Source: a bacterium (GTDB lineage: Bacteria; Zhuqueibacterota; Zhuqueibacteria; Residuimicrobiales; Krinioviventaceae). From it: a DNA stretch of 64,000 nucleotides. The notes beneath the pieces are model-generated. The model saw only the letters and a program-made list of their open reading frames with translations, was not told where the DNA came from and searched no databases. Shown here in pieces: positions 29,389-37,670 of this stretch. A program made the position numbers and the translations under genes. How positions within the stretch are numbered: the first letter of the stretch is position 1; each line of letters begins with the position of its first letter. The DNA lies in NCBI GenBank assembly GCA_963675755.2, contig CAXXMD010000002.1, positions 1,440,001 through 1,504,000 on the forward strand. Reading direction: 5' to 3'.

Positions 29389-29462
29389 TAGCGGCGCAGG
29401 GATTCGAACCCCGGACACTCGGATTATGATTCCGATGCTCTAACCAACTGAGCTACGCCGCC
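29389..29462 (-). tRNA. tRNA-Met (CAT), elongator type; CCA not encoded
   Basis: Minus strand GGCGGCGTAGCTCAGTTGGTTAGAGCATCGGAATCATAATCCGAGTGTCCGGGGTTCGAATCCCTGCGCCGCTA folds as a cloverleaf with anticodon CAT, a paired first acceptor position and GTTCGAATCC T-arm. Confidence 0.93.
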
Positions 29463-29535
29463 GTTCTAACAAAGCCGATAAATATAATAATCTCTGCTAA
29501 AACTTGCAAGTAAAATTTTTACTTCATAACCAATA

Positions 29536-30153
29536 TTATAAATTTTTTAGCTGCAACAAGCTTATTGCAGACCACGTCTCTACAGAGCTGTTTGAGTTTG
29601 TAACAATTTCTTCCAAATCGGTTACTGGCTTGTATCCACCCCATGCAATTTCTGCATCTTTGGGTTTGATAATTTTCGATGACGTCCTGAGTAAATACAG
29701 AATACCAAAATGAACCTGTCCTACCTCTGTTTCATCATCGTTTATATACCCTAAAACAATAGGTTCATCAAATTCGTCTATAAAAATCTCTTCTTCAACT
29801 TCACGCATCATACTGGCAATTACAGGGTCACTATCTTTAGAATCAATTTTATCAATATGGCCCCCTATTCCCCACGACCATTTACCGCGTAAACGCTCTT
29901 CCGTATATGTATCTTTGGAAGCCCGCTGATAAGCAAAAACTTGTCCGGTTTCCTTGTTCATTATTATACAATAGGCAATAGGTTGTTTTAATTGTGGGGT
30001 ATTTTCTGCAATACCTCGTTTTTTGTAATAGTAATTTTCATTGATAATTTGCTTATAATCAATACCATCTGCAGGAGCGAATCCCTGAAAATAGCCCTGA
30101 GCAAACAGTGTTGCCCTGTCAACTACCATTATTTCTTTTTCAAATTTATCCAA
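29536..30153 (-). CDS. NUDIX-family phosphoesterase (YmaB-like)
   Basis: AE.TPQLKQPIAY, EERLRGKWSWGIGGHID, REVEEE, GYINDDETEVGQVHFG, ETWS. Likely TTG start at 30153. Confidence 0.8.
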   Translation of the reverse strand: MDKFEKEIMVVDRATLFAQGYFQGFAPADGIDYKQIINENYYYKKRGIAENTPQLKQPIAYCIIMNKETGQVFAYQRASKDTYTEERLRGKWSWGIGGHIDKIDSKDSDPVIASMMREVEEEIFIDEFDEPIVLGYINDDETEVGQVHFGILYLLRTSSKIIKPKDAEIAWGGYKPVTDLEEIVTNSNSSVETWSAISLLQLKNL

Positions 30154-30169
30154 AATATACTCGTTTCTT

Positions 30170-31495
30170 TTATGATTGACCCAACAATTCTTTACGACGA
30201 TCTTCAAATCCCGGTTTGCCCAGCAATGCAAACATGTTTTGTTTGTATGCTTCTACACCTGGCTGATCAAAAGGATTGATTTTCAAAAGCAAACCGCTGA
30301 CAGCTACAGCAAATTCAAAAAAGTAAAACAGTTGCCCCAGGGTATATTCGGTTCTATCAGCCAGAGAAATATTCATATTGGGAACATTGCCAGCAGCATG
30401 AGCCAAAGCAGTACCACGATATGCCTGATGGTTAACATCAGAAAGATCCATACCGGCAAGAAAGTTCATACCATCCAGATTTTCTTCTACTTTAGGCACA
30501 GCAATTTTTGTACGCATATTTTCAATAGTTAAAAAGGTTTCAAACAAGTTTCTTTTACCATCTTGAATGTATTGTCCCATCGAATGCAAGTCAGTAGTAA
30601 ACACGGTACTTGCCGGGAATATTCCTTTGCCGTCTTTTCCTTCACTTTCGCCATATAACTGTTTCCACCACTCTCCCACATATTGCAAAGATGGGTCAAA
30701 CGCAGATAAAACCTCTATGGTCTTGCCGGATTTATAAAGTAAATACCGGGCTGCGGCATATGTCAACACGGGGTTACCAAGAACATCCTGAGTATTTTTA
30801 CAAAACGCTGCCGCATCTTTGGCACCTGCCAACAGTGCATCAATATCAAATCCTGCAGCGGCGATCGGCAACAATCCAACGGGTGTAAGAACAGAAAATC
30901 TACCGCCAACATCATCGGGAATGACAAACGAACGAAAACCTTCAGCATCAGCCATTTTCCGCAGTGCACCTTTAGATTGATCTGTTGTTGCAATAACCCG
31001 TTTACTGAATTCATCTTTTGACAAGCCAGCTTTTAAAGCATTAACCAAAACCCTGAAAGCAACTCCGGGCTCTGTTGTAGTACCGGATTTTGAAATGACA
31101 TTTACATAGCATTGCTTGTTTTGAATAAATGCAATCAAGTCATTCATATAATCTGCGCTCAGATTATGTCCCAGATACAATACCTTGTTATTAGTTGTTA
31201 ATGGATTAGATAAAAAGTCAATGGTAGCACGTGCTCCCAGGTAACTGCCGCCAATTCCAATACAAATCACATGGTCAGCATTATCATTAATTTCTTTGGC
31301 GATATTTTTTATATCCACAACTTCTTTTTGGCTAACATTGTCAGGCAGGTCAACCCAACCTAAAAAATCATTCCCGGCACAGGTTTTATCGTATATACTT
31401 TTATTAACGCTCGTGACTGAGGATTGTAAATCTTTTAAATCTTTTTGAGAGACATGATCTTTTAAAAGTTCAATATCTAATTTTAAATTTTTCAT
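30170..31495 (-). CDS. pgi: Glucose-6-phosphate isomerase
   Basis: IGIGGSYLGAR, VISKSGTTTE, DDVGGRFSVLT, QLYGESEGK, DLHSMGQ, NPFDQPGVEAYK. Confidence 0.97.
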   Translation of the reverse strand: MKNLKLDIELLKDHVSQKDLKDLQSSVTSVNKSIYDKTCAGNDFLGWVDLPDNVSQKEVVDIKNIAKEINDNADHVICIGIGGSYLGARATIDFLSNPLTTNNKVLYLGHNLSADYMNDLIAFIQNKQCYVNVISKSGTTTEPGVAFRVLVNALKAGLSKDEFSKRVIATTDQSKGALRKMADAEGFRSFVIPDDVGGRFSVLTPVGLLPIAAAGFDIDALLAGAKDAAAFCKNTQDVLGNPVLTYAAARYLLYKSGKTIEVLSAFDPSLQYVGEWWKQLYGESEGKDGKGIFPASTVFTTDLHSMGQYIQDGKRNLFETFLTIENMRTKIAVPKVEENLDGMNFLAGMDLSDVNHQAYRGTALAHAAGNVPNMNISLADRTEYTLGQLFYFFEFAVAVSGLLLKINPFDQPGVEAYKQNMFALLGKPGFEDRRKELLGQS

Positions 31496-31524
31496 CCTAT
31501 ACTCCGATATCAAATAAACATAAA

Positions 31525-33288
31525 TTAACGCTTTAAAAGCAACTTGGCTGCCTGAATAAACAACAACACAGAAACCAGTACAAGTAATCCCCCAACCACA
31601 ACCAGCAAAAAATTACCTTTATGATAATTCTGTACTATCAAAGTAAACAAGCCGGCTATAGTAATAACATACATGAAAAACATGGGTATTTTGGTAAACC
31701 AGTTTGGCCTGCTAATATTGGCCAACCATGCTGTTACCGCAAGCAAAGCCAATGATGCAAGTAACTGATTAGCTGATCCGAAAATGGGCCAAATTGCTCC
31801 TGACGAACCAGAAAAAATAAAAACAGCACTTAATACAACGGTAACAATTGTACCGATATATCGATTGGTAGTAAGAATTGATTTCTTTTCCCTATTATTA
31901 TCAAAAAATTCCTGAAAGGTAAAACGCGCCAAACGGGTACATGTATCCAGCGTGGTTAAGGCAAAAGCCGAAACCGCTAATCCTGAAAAAGTAACAGCAC
32001 TGTGTTGTTGTATACCCAATAAAGGAATTTTGGAAATAAAGTTACCTACTCCCATAGAAAACATTGTAATAAAATCACCATTAGCAAAAAGACAATGGTA
32101 ATTGCCCTTGATCATAGTGGCAGCAGCCATAAGCGCCAATATAGCCAACAAGGATTCTATCAGCATTCCACCATAACCAATAATTCTCGCATCTTTTTCA
32201 TTATTTAATTGCTTGGCAGTCGTTCCGCTTGCAACCAGTGAGTGAAATCCAGAAATGGCGCCACATGCTACTGTAACAAACAATACCGGAAACAAATACC
32301 CAATATCTGTTTTAAAATGTGTATAAGCTGGCAATGCGACATGGGCATTGGCAAAGAACAATCCTCCAACCCCGCCAATCAATAATGCGTATAATAAAAA
32401 GGAATTTAAATAATCCCGGGGCTGTAACAAAATCCATACAGGAGTTACAGCGGCTATCATTACATAACCTAAAAGAATAAATACCCACAAACGCTGGCTT
32501 TTTGTTTCCGCATTTGCAACATCAGCAATAACTGATGAATATTCAGCATCTGTTAACGAACTCTTAATCTTGGCAGGGCTTGAAATATCCTGCATCAAAC
32601 CATTTGCTTTTAAATCATTTAAAACTTTAACTGTTTCAGGTGATACAAACTTTTCATAAACCACCATAGGATACATTTGGCCAAGGTAAATACTTGAAAA
32701 AAGCAATAAAATCCCCAAAATGGATGCGGGCACCAAAGGCAAACGGAATCTGTAAATTGCCAATCCAAAAACAACTGCAACAATAATAAATAAAACAGAC
32801 GAGGTTGCCACAGAAGGTACCGTAACAAAAGTAGTGGCTACAATCTTACAAAATACTGCTATGACAAGAATCATGGTTAAATACGCAAACAGCATAAAAA
32901 GCAGCTTTCCTCGTGTGCCCAAATATTTTTCAATAATCTTGCCAATGGACACACCTTTATGGCGGGTAGATGCAATCATGGAAGTCATATCATGAACGCC
33001 TCCCATAAAAATACCACCTACAATGATCCATAAATATACAGGCATCCAACCAAAAGCTGAACCAATGATGGGTCCTAATATGGGTCCTGCGCCTGCAATA
33101 GATGCAAAATGGTGGCCCAGCAAAACTGGCGTTTTAGCAGGCACATAATCTACCCCATCATTCAATTCATGTGCGGGTGTAACAGCGTTGGGATCAATTT
33201 CCAATTTATTTGCAAGGTATCTTCCATATGTAAGATATGCAACAAAAAATAAAATCAATCCTGTAACAACAAGAATAACAGCATTCAT
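31525..33288 (-). CDS. cstA: Carbon starvation protein A family transporter
   Basis: TPAHELNDGVDYVP, GHHFASIAGAGPILGP, LLQPRDYLNS, ACGAISGFHSLVASGTT, IWPIFGSANQLLA. Confidence 0.95.
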   Translation of the reverse strand: MNAVILVVTGLILFFVAYLTYGRYLANKLEIDPNAVTPAHELNDGVDYVPAKTPVLLGHHFASIAGAGPILGPIIGSAFGWMPVYLWIIVGGIFMGGVHDMTSMIASTRHKGVSIGKIIEKYLGTRGKLLFMLFAYLTMILVIAVFCKIVATTFVTVPSVATSSVLFIIVAVVFGLAIYRFRLPLVPASILGILLLFSSIYLGQMYPMVVYEKFVSPETVKVLNDLKANGLMQDISSPAKIKSSLTDAEYSSVIADVANAETKSQRLWVFILLGYVMIAAVTPVWILLQPRDYLNSFLLYALLIGGVGGLFFANAHVALPAYTHFKTDIGYLFPVLFVTVACGAISGFHSLVASGTTAKQLNNEKDARIIGYGGMLIESLLAILALMAAATMIKGNYHCLFANGDFITMFSMGVGNFISKIPLLGIQQHSAVTFSGLAVSAFALTTLDTCTRLARFTFQEFFDNNREKKSILTTNRYIGTIVTVVLSAVFIFSGSSGAIWPIFGSANQLLASLALLAVTAWLANISRPNWFTKIPMFFMYVITIAGLFTLIVQNYHKGNFLLVVVGGLLVLVSVLLFIQAAKLLLKR

Positions 33289-33414
33289 ACCGGCATCCTG
33301 AAAAATTATTTTTTATAATTTAGCAATTTCACTCACTTTTACAAAATGAAAAAAAGGGTAACTGCTTAACATTAATTTAATTTGTTTTTAATATCAGATT
33401 TTTTAAGTTGGATA

Positions 33415-34281
33415 ATGAAAAAAATACTAAAAACCTCTCACATACTGCTGGCAAATATATTAAAAATATCATGTGCTGTATTATTGATTATGGTTATTTT
33501 CAAATCCTACCTGGCAGCACAGATCGGATATAATAAATTTGATCTGATTGTCTACTATATGGTTAACACGATACTCAATTATTCTTTTTTTGCCATTATA
33601 GTAACAGCATTTTTATATGCAATATTTACACCCTGGGGATTTTTCAATCACCAATGGATTGTTGTAAAATGGATTTTAGCTATTTCCGGATTTCTTGTTT
33701 ACTGGTTTAAACTGGGGCCCGCGGTAAACGGTCTGGTTGCTATTTCTGATGCAGGAATCCACTTGACAATACAAAACAATGAATATCAGCTATTATCAAA
33801 AGATTTATTAATCTTTTCAATTATACAAATAATTATTTTTGCTTTATTATTTTTAATTTCCAGATACAAACCGGGCAAAAAAATTAGTAATGTTAATTTG
33901 CAAAAAAAGAAATTAGCACAGATTATAGTAATTATTTTGCTAGTTTTTGGTGTATTCAGCCTGGTAATGCAAACTGTAATGATGCATAGCTATCGCAATA
34001 TGGCCATAAAAAGTATTGATTTGAAAACTATTTCCAATGGAAGATATTTAGGAAGTGCAGAATTTTATGGTTTTGAATACAAAATTGCTTTGGAAATAAA
34101 AAACCACAAAATTATCATGGTTGATATAATTAACAATCGGGATAATAATTACGCGCATTACGCGGAAGGAGTAAAATATAAAATCATAAAAGCCGGCAAT
34201 ATAAATATAGATGGTATTACCGGCGCTACAACAACCAGCAAATGTTTATTAAAAGCAGCAGAAAATGCATTTCAAAAATAG
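33415..34281 (+). CDS. Multi-TM (DUF2269-like) membrane protein with a C-terminal FMN-binding domain
   Basis: Several TM helices with TPWGFFNHQWIVVKW; C-terminal DLKTISNGRYLG...IDGITGATTTSKCLLKAAENA flavinylation motif. Confidence 0.75.
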   Translation: MKKILKTSHILLANILKISCAVLLIMVIFKSYLAAQIGYNKFDLIVYYMVNTILNYSFFAIIVTAFLYAIFTPWGFFNHQWIVVKWILAISGFLVYWFKLGPAVNGLVAISDAGIHLTIQNNEYQLLSKDLLIFSIIQIIIFALLFLISRYKPGKKISNVNLQKKKLAQIIVIILLVFGVFSLVMQTVMMHSYRNMAIKSIDLKTISNGRYLGSAEFYGFEYKIALEIKNHKIIMVDIINNRDNNYAHYAEGVKYKIIKAGNINIDGITGATTTSKCLLKAAENAFQK

Positions 34282-34298
34282 GGTTTATTCCCCCTCTA

Positions 34299-35222
34299 TC
34301 AAGACATGATATTGTAAACAATTTCCTTGATGTCATTCAGGTTTTTATCCAATAATCCAAGATGAATACTGTTATCCAATGTATCATCCTGCAAATGTTC
34401 ATTTCGAATAATTTCCCAGGCATAATTCATTTCGATATCAATCTTGTTTTCTTCACCAATCACCAAACCCAGATCATGGTTCTGGCAGTATACGCCCGCC
34501 AGATGAACAATTGCAACCAGCGTTCGTTCGTAAATAGCCGTTTCCGGACGATGATGTCTTGCAACCACATGAGCAATATCACCAAAGAAATTCCATTGTT
34601 CCAACAACCAGGGACCGAAATCCGTATGACTGATACCAAAAATTTTGTTCTCAGCCTGTTCAAAATTACAGTTTTCCTGTTCTACTGTTTGAAGAACTTT
34701 ATCATAATCATCCGGGAAATTATGGATTAAAATAATTTCACCAATATCATGAAGTAATCCTGCGAGATAGGCACGTTCATAATCTTTGTATTTCAAACTT
34801 TTTGCAAGCAGTTTGCTTACAACCGCAGTAGCAAATGAAAACTGCCAAAATGATTTAAGTATTTTTGAATTCTTGCCACTTGAAAATGTATTCATTAATG
34901 TTGTTGTCAACACAACATTTTTAACTTCTTTAATACCCAGGTAAACCAAAGCCTCGCGCAAAGAATCTACTTTGCGGCCTAAACCAAAATAGACAGAATT
35001 AACAATCTTGACCATCTTGGCAGTTAATACCTGATCCATCATGATCAAATCAATCAATTCATCAATCGAAAAATCCGGATTTTTTGCCTGCTCAAGAATC
35101 TTGATTGCAAGCGGTGGTAATACCGGTAGATCATCAATCTTGTCCAAAAAAGCCAGCAACCGTTTGTCTTTGGTGCCCTGATTACTCTGTACTTCTGACT
35201 TTTTCACATCCTCGGCTAACAC
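34299..35222 (-). CDS. HDOD-domain signalling protein
   Basis: LPVLP, DQVLTAKMVKIVNS.YFG, AYLAGLLHDIG, E.KIFGISH..FG..LL..W, HH.P. Confidence 0.9.
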   Translation of the reverse strand: MLAEDVKKSEVQSNQGTKDKRLLAFLDKIDDLPVLPPLAIKILEQAKNPDFSIDELIDLIMMDQVLTAKMVKIVNSVYFGLGRKVDSLREALVYLGIKEVKNVVLTTTLMNTFSSGKNSKILKSFWQFSFATAVVSKLLAKSLKYKDYERAYLAGLLHDIGEIILIHNFPDDYDKVLQTVEQENCNFEQAENKIFGISHTDFGPWLLEQWNFFGDIAHVVARHHRPETAIYERTLVAIVHLAGVYCQNHDLGLVIGEENKIDIEMNYAWEIIRNEHLQDDTLDNSIHLGLLDKNLNDIKEIVYNIMS

Positions 35223-35246
35223 AGTTTTCTCCTTTTTATCGATATA

Positions 35247-36524
35247 TCAATCATACCATGCAATTTTTCTTAACGCTAGCAACATTGGGAAATGCGGAGG
35301 CTTCATATCTTTTAACCTGGGATCCCAATGATAATTTTTCAAATAGCCCTTATGAGGCGATCCTAACAAACCTACCGCACCACGGGCATATTGTATCAAT
35401 CCACCATATAATCTTAAATATCCATATGTTTGTGCAGAATAATTCTCCACATAGAAATTACGTTCATAAGTATATGTTGTGGGATTCATGCACATAATTG
35501 TTGCTTGAATTGTTCTGTCTGCCAGATAATGATTATCTGCAACGGCAACATCTTTGGTTGCAACCAAACCGATCATATCTTTGGACAATGGATTGGAGGC
35601 CGGATTATCGTTACACAATAAATCATCAATAACCCGGATCTTGCCTTCAGAGGCTACTGTCACCTGGCCACTCACTGTACCTTCAACATTAACAATTGTA
35701 TTAATAGGATCACTGGAATATCTTGTATAAATCACACCGTTTGTACCGGAAAGGTTATAGCTTGTATATTCTGCCGCTGTAGGCGGTGTGGAAACATTTT
35801 TAGCGCATATTAAGGCAGTCGAGTCGCTTTGAAAATCTATCCAGACATATTTTGCATTGAAATATAGCCCTCCAGTAACTCCTGCATTTGCAACATCGGA
35901 AGGTATTGAAGAAGGCATTTGTAACTCGGGTACCTTCCACTCGGATCCTCCATTAAAAACCGGGTTTGTGGAAGAATAATATTTTTGATAAGGTGAATAA
36001 GCACTATACACCCGATGACTGGTTACCTTGCCCATAAAAACAGCCTGGTTTCCGGTATAACCACTGATTCTGAAATAATCATTGGTATGTGTTGGACCAA
36101 ACAAGGTATCACCACCGGCAAACCAAATGTTACCTTCGGTATTGGTAAAATATGCAAACCTTGAAAATGAAGGCCGCGTCAACAATACTGCAACCGTATC
36201 ATACGCCCCCATGTATTGACCAATAGCAGTTACACGCACCATTGTGGGACCAAGATTGGGATCTTCAGTCTGCCGTTCATATTTATATGAATAAGTTCCA
36301 TTCGCCCAACTTTCATTACTAACGCCATCTGTTTTTTCTATATCCAGCATTAATTCGTTAAGAGCAGCATTGGCACCACTGTTTGCAATATTTCGCAATA
36401 CAATTTCACTGTAATTGTCTATATAGGTTGACATTCCCTGCCGCACAGCGCCCTGTGTTTGCATGCGAACAAACATGACACTGATCATCAACCCCAACAC
36501 CAATATTATTGAATATTTTCCCAT
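35247..36524 (-). CDS. PilX-like minor pilin with a large C-terminal domain (DUF4900-like)
   Basis: N-terminal hydrophobic helix then LRNIANSGANAAL (PilX-N like); FSRFAYFT, GPTHTND, YGGLIQ..RG.VG, GY.KNYHWDPRL...PPHFP. Confidence 0.65.
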   Translation of the reverse strand: MGKYSIILVLGLMISVMFVRMQTQGAVRQGMSTYIDNYSEIVLRNIANSGANAALNELMLDIEKTDGVSNESWANGTYSYKYERQTEDPNLGPTMVRVTAIGQYMGAYDTVAVLLTRPSFSRFAYFTNTEGNIWFAGGDTLFGPTHTNDYFRISGYTGNQAVFMGKVTSHRVYSAYSPYQKYYSSTNPVFNGGSEWKVPELQMPSSIPSDVANAGVTGGLYFNAKYVWIDFQSDSTALICAKNVSTPPTAAEYTSYNLSGTNGVIYTRYSSDPINTIVNVEGTVSGQVTVASEGKIRVIDDLLCNDNPASNPLSKDMIGLVATKDVAVADNHYLADRTIQATIMCMNPTTYTYERNFYVENYSAQTYGYLRLYGGLIQYARGAVGLLGSPHKGYLKNYHWDPRLKDMKPPHFPMLLALRKIAWYD

Positions 36525-36544
36525 GTCATACCTCTACTAAAAGA

Positions 36545-37141
36545 TTATTCACCCAAAAGATTTTTGGGTGTTATACGGGTAACGAACATAAATTTAGAAT
36601 ATTCTCCTTTAAAAGGTTCCCGGCTCTCAATACGATAGGCTACACGAATTGAACGAATTCTCGATAAAGAATCCGCAACAACAGGTGTTGATAATTCTGT
36701 CCCTTGCTTGTTATAATAACGAAGACGAAAACGTGTTAAACCCAGACAATAGCCATCATGATTTGAATTATTAACTTTTCTTAATAATTTTTTATCATTG
36801 GGATTTGGTGAAGCAGTATCATCACCAAACAAATAATATTCAACTTGAACAGAATCTGAAGTATGCACACCTAATACTGCACGTGGATTGGTATTATATG
36901 AAAATCGAATGCGGCTTGTATCTGCAAGTGATATTGCATTATCAGGATCAGACAAACAATGCCCTATTTTTCTAAAATCATAGCTTACAATATCGTTTAA
37001 AACACTCATATTATCCTGGGTCCGGATATCCTGTTGTAAAAATATTGAACTTGCTTTTACATTAGAATCCACCTGAATGATTATCAAAATCAGCATTCCG
37101 GCAATAACCAGAGATGTTATAATATCCATCATACTATTCAT
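36545..37141 (-). CDS. PilW-like minor pilin
   Basis: NSMMDIITSLVIAGMLILII helix, DFRKIG (PilW-like D.R.AG), FRLRYYNKQG, IRSIRV, TRITPKNL. Confidence 0.7.
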   Translation of the reverse strand: MNSMMDIITSLVIAGMLILIIIQVDSNVKASSIFLQQDIRTQDNMSVLNDIVSYDFRKIGHCLSDPDNAISLADTSRIRFSYNTNPRAVLGVHTSDSVQVEYYLFGDDTASPNPNDKKLLRKVNNSNHDGYCLGLTRFRLRYYNKQGTELSTPVVADSLSRIRSIRVAYRIESREPFKGEYSKFMFVTRITPKNLLGE

Positions 37142-37152
37142 AATTTATCCTC

Positions 37153-37656
37153 TTATTCGCTAAAGAAATAATGATACGCATACAACTTTCTCAAGATGAC
37201 TTGACCGTCCAAAGCTCCGGAAAATGCATCTGAATCGATCGTTACGGATATTTCTTTATAGTAGGATTGAGTAGTTATCTGTCGGTAATCATCATCCGGA
37301 TCCACGTAATGAACAGAAATATTTATAGTAAATGGGATCGAGTTTGACAAGCTGTCTGTTACTGCAAAACCATTAAAATCATCTACATCGTCAAAGTTGC
37401 CATAAGACTCACCACTATCAGGACCCAGATCGCTGGGTTCTGTATAGGATGCAATGGCCTGGGCAGAATTATCCTCATCAAACCTGAGATTTTCTGCCTC
37501 TTCAATATAGAGCTGCGCTTGTCCTATTGCTTCCAATACCTGTTCACTGTGATATATAACTGTATGATCATAAACCATGTGTGAATTCAATGTCAAAGAA
37601 AACAGCGAGAGCAGCATTAGCGCACCAATTGTTAAAATCGTTTCTGATGTGCCCAT
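37153..37656 (-). CDS. PilV-like minor pilin
   Basis: MGTSETILTIGALMLLSLF helix, FDE, FDDVDDFNG, KEISVTI; located among pilin-like genes. Confidence 0.65.
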   Translation of the reverse strand: MGTSETILTIGALMLLSLFSLTLNSHMVYDHTVIYHSEQVLEAIGQAQLYIEEAENLRFDEDNSAQAIASYTEPSDLGPDSGESYGNFDDVDDFNGFAVTDSLSNSIPFTINISVHYVDPDDDYRQITTQSYYKEISVTIDSDAFSGALDGQVILRKLYAYHYFFSE

Positions 37657-37670
37657 AATAATAACCTCAC

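Noticed and set aside
29389-29462. Initiator tRNA-fMet or tRNA-Ile2
   Set aside because: There is no C1:A72 mismatch and no three consecutive G-C pairs in the anticodon stem; the GGCGGCG acceptor stem fits elongator Met better. Ile2 is not fully excluded.
30154-30231. N-terminal extension of the NUDIX ORF overlapping pgi (and of PL1 overlapping the DUF1593 gene)
   Set aside because: These are ORF-caller extensions; downstream TTG starts give non-overlapping genes with sensible N-termini.
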